Shown here: one piece after another, positions 1 to 12,093 of the stretch
How the letters are laid out: the number at the start of each line of letters is the position of its first letter
Numbering within the stretch: position 1 is the first letter of the stretch
The notes under the pieces: model-generated
The model's input: the letters and a program-made list of their open reading frames with translations, nothing else
The model's database searches: none
Told to the model about the DNA's origin: nothing
NCBI GenBank assembly: GCA_951406725.2
Contig: OX597815.1
Location: forward strand, 181,660,001-181,724,000
Length of the DNA stretch: 64,000 nt
Reading direction: 5' to 3'
DNA from: Octopus vulgaris
Taxonomy: Eukaryota
Position numbers and translations under genes: made by a program

Positions 1-247
1 TTTGGCTAAATTATATATGAAATTTTATGCATTAAATTTGTGTCTTAAAAATGTATTGGAAATCATTTTACTTTTCAGCTGTAACAAGTGATATTTATAG
101 TTTTTTTGTCTGGGTAGGCTCTTTTATGTTTGTTTACCAGGCAAACATGCCTCACACACACACATGCAAACATATCCATACACACACAAATATATATACA
201 TATATAGATATGGATATATATGCAAATATACATATGGACGTAAACGA

Positions 248-370
248 TGGTTGGCGTTAGGAAGGGCATCCAGCTGTAGAAACACTGCCAGATCAGACTG
301 GAGCCTGGGGCAGCACCTGGTTCCCCAGACTCCGGTCGAACCGTCCAACCCATGCTAGCACGGAAAACAG
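248..370 (+). mobile_element. RTE LINE 3' end fragment
   Basis: GTTGGCGTTAGGAAGGGCATCCAGCTGTAGAAAC...CCGTCCAACCCATGCTAGC; the same sequence is the 3' UTR of the RT-bearing copy at 57765-58836. Confidence 0.75.
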
Positions 371-632
371 TATGAGAAATGCTCATGCAAAAGTTCTAAG
401 TAGAGTGTGTGGCTTGCATGTTAGCACAATGTCTCTTACTTGCAATACCAAGAAGCCAAGAGACATGCAAAGTGCAAGACATCCAGCTCAGTAGAACATC
501 AGGTTTCATATATATGAGTTAGCCTTCCCCTGGAGGAGGAGATGTCACCATCAACTGTTGGTAGCTGTTCCTTGGGGTCACTTTCAAAGCCCTCAGTGAC
601 ACAAGGTCTGCCTATATTTTATCAGTCTTGTT

Positions 633-1046
633 AGCCAGCTGGCAGAACCGTTAGCACGCCGGGTGAAATGCTTAGCGGTATTTCATCTGCCACTACGTTC
701 TGAGTTCAAATTCCGCTGAGGTTGGCTTTGCTTTTCATCCTTTCGGGGTTGATTAAATAAGTACCAGTTATGCACTGGAGTCGATGTAATCGACTTAATC
801 CGTTTGTCTATCCTTGTTTGTCCACTCTATATTTAGCTCCTTGTAGGTAGTAAAGAAATGGGTATTTCGTCTGCCGTTACATTCTGAGTTCAAATTCCGC
901 CGAGCTCGGCTTTGCTTTTCATCCTTTCGGGGTTGATTAAATAAGTACCAGTTATACACTGGGGTTGATGTAATCGACTGAATCCGTTTATCTGTCCTTG
1001 TTTGTTCACTCTGTGTTTAGCCCCTTGTGGGTAGTAAAGAAATAGG
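633..1046 (+). mobile_element. Meta-domain-type tRNA SINE, internally duplicated (about 1.5 units)
   Basis: Head GAGCTGGCAGAA..GTTCAAATTCC, then CTTTTCATCCTTTCGGGGTTGATTAAATAAGTACCAG twice. Confidence 0.75.
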
Positions 1047-1709
1047 TTAGTGTGAGACCTGAGGAAGGACATTATAACTGATGAGAGCAGAGTAGACAAC
1101 TATATAGAGTGGCAATGGATGGTGGTCATATGGAATTAACTAGATTTGTGTGATAGAACCCTTGTTGTTCGTATAGGATAGGAAAAAGCAGGAGACATCA
1201 CATATACAGACTGACTCTTCCATCACCTTAAGGCTTTCAAGACATGGAACAGTAAATTAGATCACCATAAAGAAACATCTGTATGTCATTGGATTATAGT
1301 GATGAACACTTGTATGACACGAGTACCATTCTCTGAGTTTCTGTGAGTAATTCCTAGTGACAGGCCAAAACAAGATGACCCTTAAAACCACAGTTTTTAC
1401 ATCAGAGTGTCCCTCTCCAAGAACGATGCTTTGACAACAGTTTGGGGTCCATCACTCCCAGTGGTTTTTTCCAAGTAACTTGATACCAGCCAAGGGTATT
1501 TCTCTGTCCCTGCTCAGGTGAAATGTCCTCTCACATGCTATTAACCAGTGGCTGAGACCCTGACAGGTGATACTACACCAGATCAGTGTTGACCCAGGAA
1601 CAAAAGTGGTTAAAATGTGGTTCCAAATGCCACAAAACACTGGAACTCTTGAACTATAACTCCACTAATATATGCAATTTAAAGTCACACCCAGGACAGA
1701 AAGACACAC

Positions 1710-1740
<31 letters not shown>

Positions 1741-1747
1741 CATACAA

Positions 1748-1910
1748 GGTACAGGAGTGGCTGTGTCGTAAGTAGCTCGCTTACCAACTACATGGTTCTG
1801 GGTTCAGTCTCACTGTATGGCACCTTAGACAAGTGTCTTCTCCTATAGCCTCAGGCTGACCAAAGTCTTGTGAATGGATTTGGTAGATGGAAATTGAAAG
1901 AAGCCCGTCG

Positions 1911-1941
<31 letters not shown>

Positions 1942-2291
1942 TCATCATCATCATCATCATTTAACGTCCGCTTTCCATGCTAGCATGGGTTGGACGGTTC
2001 AACTGGGGTCTGGCAAGCCCGAAGGCTGCACCAGGCCAGTCAGATCTGGCAGTGTTTCTACAGCTGGATGCCCTTCCTAACGCCAATATATATATATGTA
2101 TGTATGTGCGTGTATGTTTGTGTACCCCCTAACATCGATTGACAACCTAATGCTGGTGTGTTTATGTACCCGTAACCTAGCAGTTCAACAAAAGAGACCG
2201 ATAGAATAATTACTAGGCCTTGGGGTTGAATTGTTTGACTAAAAGCAGTGCTTTAGCATGACCACTGTCAAATGACTGAAACAAATAAAAG
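1748..2291 (+). mobile_element. CORE-type tRNA SINE (octopus OR-like) interrupted by an RTE tail at about 1939-2086
   Basis: GGAGTGGCTGTG..GGTTCAGTC..GGCACCTT.G.CAAGTGTCTTC head and core, internal (TA)n, tail ..AATGACTGAAACAA. Confidence 0.8.
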
Positions 2292-2346
2292 AATATATAC
2301 ATACGTACACACACACACATACATACATACATACTTACATACATAC

Positions 2347-2383
<37 letters not shown>

Positions 2384-4080
2384 TACATACATACCGTCCA
2401 ACCCGTGCTAGCGCGGAAAACAGATGTTAAACGATGATGATGATGATGATGATGATATACATACACTCACACACACAGATATAGAATTTATGTGATTATA
2501 TATGTATTTAAGTAAAGTGGGTGTATTTATGTATATGAGTATAAAATTTTTCCTAGTCTTCTACCACATTGACTAGTGCTGTATGTATCTTCATAAATAT
2601 TATAATTCCATTTTCATCTCGCACAACCAAGTCATAAAACCAGTTACACAACGTCAGCCAAGTTTTATATTCAGCAAACATGGCTACTGGCAGAGAGAGA
2701 GAGAGAGAAAAAAAAATCCGAGTTTTGTACTCGTATATTCCTGCAACTGTGCATTAAGCATTGGCATTATGTTTATTAACAAGCAAGTTTTGTAGATCTG
2801 CTCAATGACTTAATTCACAAAGAATCCAAGTAATGCACATAAAAAGGAAAATGATGAAGCTTACGATGCCTAACAGGTCTCTAAATTGCTTTGCCACCAA
2901 ATCATTATTTCTCCATTACTTTGGACCGATTCTTCTCTTTGAAACTGTTAGTTTTCAGTAAATGATATTTTCAATATGTGGCATCATGATTTTCTCAGTT
3001 CCAACCAGTTAGAACAAATCTCTCTCCCTCTCTCTCTCTCTCATCTCTCTCCCAACTTTCTCTTTCCCTCTAAATGTTTAGGGTTAATTCAGTCGATCTT
3101 ACTATATTTTGAAAATCATACTATTTTGAAAATCTTACTATATTTTGAGAAAAGGGCAGTGCCCCAGCATGGCCACAGCTCGTGAGCTGAAACTAGATAA
3201 AATAAAATAAAATAAAATAAAATAGCATCCAGCCTTGCACACAAGGAATCGGTGTTTGATATCTTTCTTGATGAGGATTATTGTGTAGAAACTAGGTCAC
3301 TCACTAGGTTTCAATACTACACTGTATTTAGTTTGCTTTACATGGAACAGGCATGCATACCAAGATTCATTCACACATTCGCATTCTCAATACCAACAGC
3401 GATAATTAACTATTGACAATTCTGTTCAAGAAACCTCATGAAATTGCCTCTATTTATCAAACATGCAGAAAATTAACAAGATGTCTATTTCTGATGACTA
3501 AGATATACGTGGACAGGTGATTTATAGTCATTTAAACCAACACCAACAAAGCACTAAAGCTATTCCAATGACTCCCAGACATACAAAAGTCAAAGCTGAT
3601 TTTAGTTGAATTTACTCTCGTTATTGAGTGAAATAAATTGAAATAGTGTAAGACAGACACTTTCCTACCTTGTCTAAATTACATACCTCTTACACAGGTT
3701 AGATAAATTAAATAATTTTAAACTTTATATAAAGAGTTTACAATAAGAAATTAATTTGAAATTTTATACAGATTTGAATGTTGAAAATAAAATATGTTTT
3801 TCATTATTGTACCATGTAAAAATCTCGCATGCTGGTGACACATAGAAAGCACTTAGTGTATTCTATAACGCGGTTGACATTAGGAAGCGCATCCAACCAT
3901 GGAAACCACGCCAAACAGAAAACGGGAGCCTGCTACAGTTCTCTGGCTTGTCAGCTCTTGTGAACCCTTGCCAGTTTGGAAAATGGACATTAAACAATGA
4001 TGATGATGACAATGATGTTGATGATGATGATGATGTAAAATCATACTGATGTATACAAAGAATATGTAGGAAATTGAAAG

Positions 4081-4130
<50 letters not shown>

Positions 4131-4134
<4 letters not shown>

Positions 4135-4696
4135 ATATAATGATAAGAGTAAATAATTTCTATAAAGGCTTTTAAAAAAAACCCCAATTATTTACTGGTA
4201 GAATTCGGTATGTAAATATAGCCAATTACCGGCAGGAACTTCTGTAAAGTTCAGTATATATATTGTATATAAGAAAAAGGGACAGGCAAAACAGGTTGCT
4301 TGACCGCATACCGAAAAAATAGAAATAGCAATCAAGAATGCTTATTTCTATCAAAGTTGGACTCCGGGCATGACAGACCCTGTAATTCACATATGCAAAA
4401 CAGAAGGAATAGATAACGAATACGAAGTCTGGCGGTTATCTGTGAACATCATGTTTCTGGATTATAAACATATTGAATATATATTCCATATATTTTTGAT
4501 ATATATTTCATATATATTGCATATATAACATGATGTTCACAGATAACCGCCAGACTTCGTATTCGTTATCTATTCCTTCTGTTTTGCATATGTGAATTAC
4601 AGGGTCTGTCATGCCCGGAGTCCAACTTTGATAGAAATAAGCATTCTTGACTGCTATTTCTATTTTCGGTATGCGGTCAAGCAACCTGTTTTCTTA
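4131..4696. mobile_element. PLE-like fragment with about 165-bp inverted arms (4288-4455 / 4527-4692)
   Basis: Near-perfect reverse complement of the two arms; both flanks are (TA)n. Confidence 0.6.
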
Positions 4697-4721
4697 TATA
4701 TATATATATATATATATATAT

Positions 4722-5250
4722 CATCATCATCATCATCATCATCGTTTAACATCTGCTTTCCATGCTAGCATGGGTTGGACGATTTGACTGAGGACTGGTG
4801 AACCAGATGGCTGCACCAGGCTCCAGCCTGATTTGGCAGAGTTTCTACAGCTGGATGCCCTTCCTAATACCAACCACTTCGAGAGTGTAGTGGGTGCTTT
4901 TACATGCCACCGACATGTAAAAGCACCCTCGCCTTACTGACAGCATCCCTGTACATGGCTTACACAGCTCTCACTAACCATTCATCTATCCCTAGTTTCC
5001 TCATTGACCACCAGCTAAGGGGTCAGGAGACCCTGTCAAAGGCTTTTTCCATGTCAATGAAAGCCAGGTATAGAGGTTTATCTTTGGCTAGGTATTTCTC
5101 CTGCAGCTGTCTTACCAGAAATATAGCATCAGTGGTGCTTTTCCCTGGCATGAAACCAAGCTGCATCTCATCCAAACTGACTCTCTCCCTAATTAGTTGG
5201 GCTATGACCCTCTCCGTGACCTTCATTACCTGATCCAGCAACTTGATAAC
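4722..5250 (-). pseudogene. RTE LINE: RT fragment joined to 3' tail
   Basis: ORF 5023-5241 QLGFMPGKSTTDAIFLVRQLQEKY..LAFIDMEKAFDRV (RT motifs); (CAT)n tail at 4722. Confidence 0.9.
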
Positions 5251-5251
5251 T

Positions 5252-5290
<39 letters not shown>

Positions 5291-5762
5291 TTAATTACTT
5301 TTCATAAATAATTATAATAATATTTTCTGGAATCATTTACATTGATTTCATTGTGATTGCTATTTAAATTGCCATAACGATAATTTCAAGTTAATTTCCT
5401 GAAGTAATTAAAAGATAAATATTGCTTTTATTCCAGTACTGAAGCTTATCACAACATGTGTGGTAAATCCCTGTTTCGAGATTTAAACAATGAATAGATC
5501 ATTAAATGGCTAAAGGTAAATCTAAGTTCTGTACCTGAAACAGAATAAAAAGGGTAAACAGAAATAAAAATTTGCAATTCTTGGGGATTGATGCAAACCA
5601 AACCCATCTCTGTGAATCTATGTACTCTTTCTTATGAAGCACTTGTTTTTTTTTTGTTTTTTTCATGACATAATTAATATCTTATTTTTCCTTCATTCTT
5701 TCTTTTCATTTTCCATTTAATAATGCACTGGATAATAAAGAATAAAAACAATAACTATTTTG

Positions 5763-6373
5763 AAATTTCAACATGAAAGAGATAAGTTAGCCATTCAGAA
5801 ACACACAAAGTCCATCATTTTCATTTAAACATTTATTTATAATATGGTGTCGAAATTTTCTTTGCTTGAATATTGCTGCAGGAAAAATATTTTCATCAAT
5901 GAAGCCAGTTGCAGCTTTGAGCAATGAAAATTTTGACACCGTATTAACATTATCAATGGAAATTCTAGTTGTGATTCCTGTGCCGGTGGCACGTAAAAGG
6001 CACCATCCAAATGTGGCCGATGCCAGCACCGCCTTGACTGGCTTCCATGCTGGTGGCATGTAAAAAGCACCAACCGATCGTGGGTGTTGCCAGCCTCGCC
6101 TAGCACCTGTGCCGGTGGCACGTAAAAAGCACCCACTACACTCACAGAGTGGCTGGCATTAGGAAGGGCATCCAGCTGTAGAAACACTGCCAGATTAGAC
6201 TGGAGCCTGGTGCAGCCTTCTGGCTTCCCAGACCTTGGTTGAACTGTCCACCCCATGGTAGCATGGAAAACAGACGTTAAGCGATGATGATGATTACAGC
6301 TAAATAGTTTAAGTGAAGCTAATGGTCTTTGCATGTTTTTGAATGGCTAACTTGGGTCTTTCATGCTGGAATC
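5763..6373. mobile_element. Old palindromic MITE with an RTE tail inserted at about 5960-6295
   Basis: CATGAAAGA..AAGTTAGCCATTCA (left) pairs with TGAATGGCTAACTT..TCTTTCATG (right); inner IR GGTGTCGAAATTT / AAATTTTGACACC. Confidence 0.55.
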
Positions 6374-6699
6374 ACTTTAGTTTTAGCTGAAGATCTCAGA
6401 TCAAAACACTTGCTATACAAGTACATCTCCATAAAAACTTTTTTTTTAATATCTGTTTTATCAAAAGCTTAAGCAAATGGGTACAACATACGACCTGACT
6501 TCAGCTTATAGATTTTAATTTATTTTCTCTCAAATACTGTTGTATACAAAATTAGTAACAAAAATTAGAAATGCTTTTTGTGGCAAATTGTAAAGTAATA
6601 TTATCAACAGCCTCCCTATCTATATATCAACCTATCAACTTATGATTTTTAACTTTGGTACAAGCCACACAATTTAGGGGACATGTACAGTAAACTGGT

Positions 6700-6998
6700 G
6701 GAGGCGAATTGGCCCAGTGGTTAGGGCAGCGGGCTCACGGTTTCAATTTCCAGACCGAGCATTGTGTGTGTTTATTGAGTGAAAACATCTAAAGCTCTAC
6801 GAGGCTCCAGCAAGGGGTGGTGGTGACCCCTGTTGTACTCTTTCACCACAAATTTCTCTCACTCTTTCTTCCTGTTTCCTGAGTAACGCTGCAATGGACT
6901 GGCATCCCGTCCAGCTGGGGGGAACACATACACCACAAAAACCGGGAAACCGGGCCCATGAACCTGGCTAAGCTTGAAAAGGGCGACGTTTTTTTTTT
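6700..6998 (+). mobile_element. tRNA SINE with V-domain-like 3' part
   Basis: A-box TGGCCCAGTGG, body shared with 9737/10107, 3' ATGGACTGGCATCCCGTCCAG, T-run end. Confidence 0.7.
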
Positions 6999-7785
6999 GT
7001 ACAGTAATCTAGTCATTCCTAGAACATAACTCATTATAATTTTGACTCTTGAATGTGAGGTAAAGTTGTGCACCAGCAGGATTTGAACTCAAAATGTAAA
7101 AGGTGTAGTTAAATGTTTTAAGTCACTTAGTCCTTTGCTCAGCTGATTCTATTGTTCACTGAACTCTGCCAACAACCAGACAGAAATTACAGAAAGTTGG
7201 ATGTTACAGATTAAAGTAAAAAATATCACTGCAATGCTGAACTTTTATCAAGGTAATTCTGCTAATTAAAAACCATGCAATATAATTCCTAAACAAGTGT
7301 CCGAGTGGTATTAATTAGAAACAAGGATAATGGTCTCTCACAATAGCACTAGAGATGTTTTGTTTGTGAATTCTAAATTTGTGAAATAACTTGTTTAAAA
7401 AGCCAGTTGGAGATTGAAGTCTCGTTTTTTTTCAGACAAGTCAATGTGATTTCAATGAATTTCATGCTAAAGGCTCTTCTTTCACAGTCAACAATTTGAA
7501 AATTTTATCTTAATGATGTTTTACAATTATAAAACTAAATGTAAAATCACCATTTATCTTCCAGTAGACTCTTGTTATTACAAATGTATTCAATGCTCAT
7601 ATAAATAAGAGCGATATGCAATGACAGTTTTATTAATGATTCCATTGTTATAGATAATGGTATCATTGACATTGGTGACTGGGTTGTTGGTTGGCACCAT
7701 GCAAAAATGGAAAAAGAAGGAAGCAAGAAAAAGGGAACGAGGACCTTTTGGCTACTTTGCCAGCAATAGGTTTAGCCACATCTAA

Positions 7786-8235
7786 TCATCATCATCGTTT
7801 AACGTCCATTTTCCATGCTAGCATGGGTTGGACAGTTTGACTGAGGGCTGGTGAACCAGATGGCTGCACCAGGCTTCAATCTTGATCTGGCAGAGTTTCT
7901 ACAGCTGGATGCCCTTCCTAATGCCAACCACTCCAAGAGCGTAGTGGGTGCTTTTACGTGTCACCAGCACAGGGCCAGTCAGGCGGTACTGGCAACGACC
8001 TCGCTCGAATCTTTTATACATGCCACCAGCACAGGTACCAGCAAGGTGATGCTGGTAACAAACACGCTCGAATGGTATCTTTTACGTGCCACTGGCATGG
8101 AGGCCAGATAGCCGTTCTGGCAACGATCATGCTCGGATGGTGCTCTTAATACCCTACTAGCACAGGGCTTGAGTGCCAGTAAGCGACACTGGTAATGACC
8201 GCGCTCGAATGGTGCCTTTTAGGTGCCACCGGCAT
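7786..8235 (-). mobile_element. RTE LINE 3' UTR fragment
   Basis: (CAT)n GTTTAACGTCC..TTCCATGCTAGCATGGGTTGGAC plus internal GGTGCTTTTACGTGCCAC modules. Confidence 0.8.
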
Positions 8236-8239
8236 TGAC

Positions 8240-8440
8240 AAATTTCGGCACAAGGCCAGTGGCTTCAGAGGAGGGGATAAATCAATTACAGTGATTCCAA
8301 TGTTCAGCTGGTACTGACCCTGAAAGCCTGAAAGGCAAAAATCGACCCCAGTGGTATTTGAATCTAGATCATAAGGACAAACAAAATGCCATGAAGTTAT
8401 TTGTCCAGCATGCTAAAGATTCTGTCGGTTTGCTGCCTTT
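8240..8440 (-). mobile_element. Degenerate Meta-domain-type SINE
   Basis: Reverse complement of the family consensus (CTGAAAG..TGAAAGGCAAA..GACC..ATTTGAA). Confidence 0.55.
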
Positions 8441-8684
8441 AGCTTCATCTAATATTTCAATCCACAATTTAAAGGATCTTCTCAGTTAATTTTAATTTTG
8501 TTTGTTTTTGAAATTAAACTAATTGACAAAATAAATTCCCTTCTCTTGAGTTTAAAGCTTGTAACAATTATTCTTGACTCATTTGAACACTGAAAGATTC
8601 CGTCACCTCAGAAAAGCAAAACAAACCCATTAATGTCTTTTATTCCATCAAGTTCATTTTATGTTGGACACTGTAGGGCTACTA

Positions 8685-8975
8685 ATCATCATCATCATCA
8701 TCATTATCATCATTTAATATCCGTTGTCCATACTGGCATGGGTTGAACGGTTTGACCAGAGCTGGTAAACTGGTAGGCTGCACAAGACTCCAGTCTGATT
8801 TGGCATGGTTTTCTATGGCTGGATGCCTTTCTTAATGCCAACCACTCTGAGAGTGTCATGAGTGCTTTTATGTGCCACCAGCATGGGTGCCATTTGCATG
8901 ACACCAGTATTTGTCACGACTGCAGTTTTACTTGGCTTGATGGGTCTTCTTCTCAAGCACAACATAATGCCAAAT
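8685..8975 (-). mobile_element. RTE LINE 3' UTR fragment
   Basis: (CAT)n tail followed by the family consensus. Confidence 0.75.
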
Positions 8976-9196
8976 GGACTCAAACATTACCTCCAGGAGG
9001 CCCAATGCTTGAAATAATGTTTGTCATATTTGCAATATGGCTCTTATTTATGATAATGTGGAAAACAAAATATAAAATGGAGACAGAGAAAAACAAGTAA
9101 AGTTACTTTGGATATATTAGCAACAAAACATTTAACCTTGGTTAACTTGATGTATTATTCTCTTCTCTGACATTTAGGAATGATAAACGCTATACT

Positions 9197-9605
9197 TACT
9201 CTTTTACTTGCTTCAGTCATTTGACTGCGGCCATGCTGGAGCATCACCTTTAGTTGAGAAAATCGACCCCAGGAATTATTCTTTGTAAGCCTAGTACTTA
9301 TTCTATCGGTCTCTTTTGCTGAACTGCTAAGTTACGGGGACGTAAACACACCAACATCGGTTGTCAAGCAATGCTGGGAGGACAAGCACAGACACACAAA
9401 CATATACACACACATACATATATATATATATACATATATACGATGGGCTTCTTTCAGTTTCCATCTACCAAATCCATTCACAAGGCTTTGGTTAGCCTGA
9501 GGCTATAGTAGAAAACACTTGCCCTAGGTGTCACGCAGTGGGACTGAACCCCGGAACCATGTGGTTCGTAAGCAAGCTACTTACCACACAGCCACTCTTG
9601 TGCCT
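9197..9605 (-). mobile_element. CORE-type tRNA SINE, full length
   Basis: Reverse complement of the family head (..CTACTTACCACACAGCCACTC) and tail. Confidence 0.85.
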
Positions 9606-9736
9606 ATATGGGATCTTATGTTTATCATGTCAAAAACAATGAAATTGATGATCAAAGTAAATCTTCAAATGCTTACTAGAACTAACTTTGAACCTTTTCC
9701 ATCCTCTTTGGTGAAGAAGCAGAGCCAACGAACAGC

Positions 9737-10476
9737 GGAGGCGCAATGGCCCAATGGTTAGGGCAGCGGTCTCGTGGTCAGAGGATTGCGGTTTTGATTC
9801 CCAGATAGGCATTGTGTGTGTTTATTGAGCAAAAACACCTAAAGCTCCATGAGGCTCTAGCAGGGGGGTGTGTGGCGACCCCTACTGTACTCTTTCACTC
9901 CAACTTTCTCTCACTCTTTCTTCCTGTTTCTTGTCACTGACTTCCTACGCAACCGCTGAGCCTGGATGCACATTCATCCATCCGTCGATGCTCTCGGTGT
10001 CAGGAGGCTGATCTGCTTTCTTTTCTGCGGGTCTTACAAATAGCAAAGGACCATGTTTCGGACTTCTCCCACTGGACGAAGACCGCTACGCTTAACAACA
10101 ACAGCAGGAGGCACAATGGCCCAATGGTTAGGGCAGTGGACTCGTGGTCGGAGGATCGCGGTTTTGATTCCCAGACCGGGTACTGTGTGTGTTTATTGAG
10201 CGAAACCACCTAAAGCTCCACGAGGATCCGACAGGGGGTGGTGGCGACCCCTGTTGTACTCTTTCGCTCCAACTTTTTCTCACTCTTTCTTCCTGTTTCT
10301 TGTCCCAGACTTCCTATGCAACCGCTGAGTCTGGATGCGCATTCATCCATCTATCGATGCTCTCGGTGTCAGGGGTTGATCTGCTTTCTCTTCTGCGGGG
10401 TCTTACGAATAGAAAAGGTCCACGTTTTGGACTTCTCCCACTGGACGAAGACCGCTATGCTCAACAACAACAACAA
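9737..10476 (+). mobile_element. Head-to-tail dimer of a tRNA SINE with (CAA)n tail
   Basis: Two units of about 370 bp starting GGAGGC.CAATGGCCCAATGGTTAGG; CAACGAACAGC on both flanks (9726-9736, 10477-10487). Confidence 0.8.
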
Positions 10477-11409
10477 CAACGAACAGCAATATACCCTTAA
10501 ATTTAATTACTCCTTCAAATGATTCACATTGACATTTCTTTGATGCTGAGACAATTACGAGAAACACAGAGGAAGTCAATCACTATTTACATTAATTTAA
10601 ATTGCTTCGTTATCAAATGTGCTCAATATTCATTAGACAGAAATTCCATCTTAAAATTTCTAAACAGAAATTCTGCATAACAAGTTACATCTTTAATGCT
10701 GCTAAAAATAGAATTTGATTTTATGGAATTTTTCTTTAATGTTTCTAAAAATAGAATAAAATGTGATTTTATGAAATTATTCTGTCCTTTTCTATATATT
10801 TGAAGCATTCTTGGAAATTACTCAGCATTCAGCCTGCTTCAAATGATCCATGCAGTTTAGGTGCTTGACATTTTGGTTTATATTATCCAAAGTATTGAAG
10901 AAAGTAAATAATAAAAAATTTTTCCTGCTTATTTATATTTCAGATTCTATCTAGCATTTTAAAAATAAATACTTCTTTTGTGTAATAAACTCTTGAAATA
11001 AAAGATATCAATTTTAAAAAAATTTGTACATTTAGGATAATTTTGTTGAAAGAAATCTTATAACAAGCTCTGAAGAAACATTTTATTTCAGGATTTTATT
11101 ATTATTATTACTATTACTTTTTTTTTGTATAAAATAATTTCTAGTAGTTAAGAAAACTTATTCATAAATATTCAGAGAAAACTACAACTTAAACTTTTAA
11201 AATGTTTCACGAAGAAATCTACTCGTAGCGCCTACAAATAGTTTGCCATTACATTGTTTATTTCTGATAGCAATGAATTACTTCATTTGTTATTTTCAAT
11301 TATAATTAATGGTTGGCCTGCTGCTAAAGTGTACATGATTAAGTTTTGTTAGAGAATTTTGGATAGGGCTTAGCACATCAAGATGAAGATAGGATCAATT
11401 TATTTGAAA

Positions 11410-11615
11410 ATTACTATTTGTAATTCTCACGAGAGATATTCAGCAACAGTACTTTAGAGTAAAGATTGTTTGCCAACATAACATGGCAGTCCTGGTTTAG
11501 GACGAATGTTGCTGTAATTTAGTCAGCTGGAAACGGTGTCTCCTGGGGCTAAATTACAGCAACATTCATCCTAAACCAGGACGGCCATGTTATGTTGGCA
11601 AATAATCTTTACTCC
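11410..11615. mobile_element. Short inverted-repeat insertion (PLE-like)
   Basis: Arms 11457-11522 / 11549-11614; flanked by duplicated AGGATCAATTTA(TA)TTTGAAA. Confidence 0.6.
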
Positions 11616-11745
11616 AGGATCAATTTATATTTGAAACGTTTATACAAAGACTATGAAACATTTTAATTTAAAACATAAAATATATTCAGAAAGAACAAAT
11701 GTAAACTTTTAAAGTTATTTTTGTCTATGTATTCTCTACAAGCAA

Positions 11746-11747
<2 letters not shown>

Positions 11748-11797
<50 letters not shown>

Positions 11798-12093
11798 ACA
11801 CTGCCTGGAATCGAACTCAGAATCTTGGGGTTAGTAGCCTGCGCTCTTAACCACTACACCATATGCATAGTAAAAAGCCACTAACCCCAAGATTCCGAAT
11901 TCGATTCCAGGCAGTGACATGAATAATAATGATAATAATAATAAAATCGAAAAATACCTTAGGAATGAGAACCCAGGTTCGAAATTTCCCCAAGACATCT
12001 GATGAAGGTTAGAAGGTATATCAGCTGAAACCTTGTGTTAATAACAAACAAGAAGGGGACAAATATCCGTCAAATGTAAATAATGTAAATAAT
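11748..12093. mobile_element. tRNA-(AAT)n-hammerhead PLE family, head-to-head inverted pair
   Basis: Minus-strand tRNA head at about 11794-11867, then plus copy with CTGATGA..GAAAC. Confidence 0.8.

Noticed and set aside
1078-1110. Isolated CTGATGA hits (also near 23030, 34577 and 53963)
   Set aside because: No paired stem II followed by GAAA, so not hammerheads.
5837-6334. Recurrent LQLDALPNANHS ORFs
   Set aside because: Antisense reading of the non-coding RTE 3' UTR.
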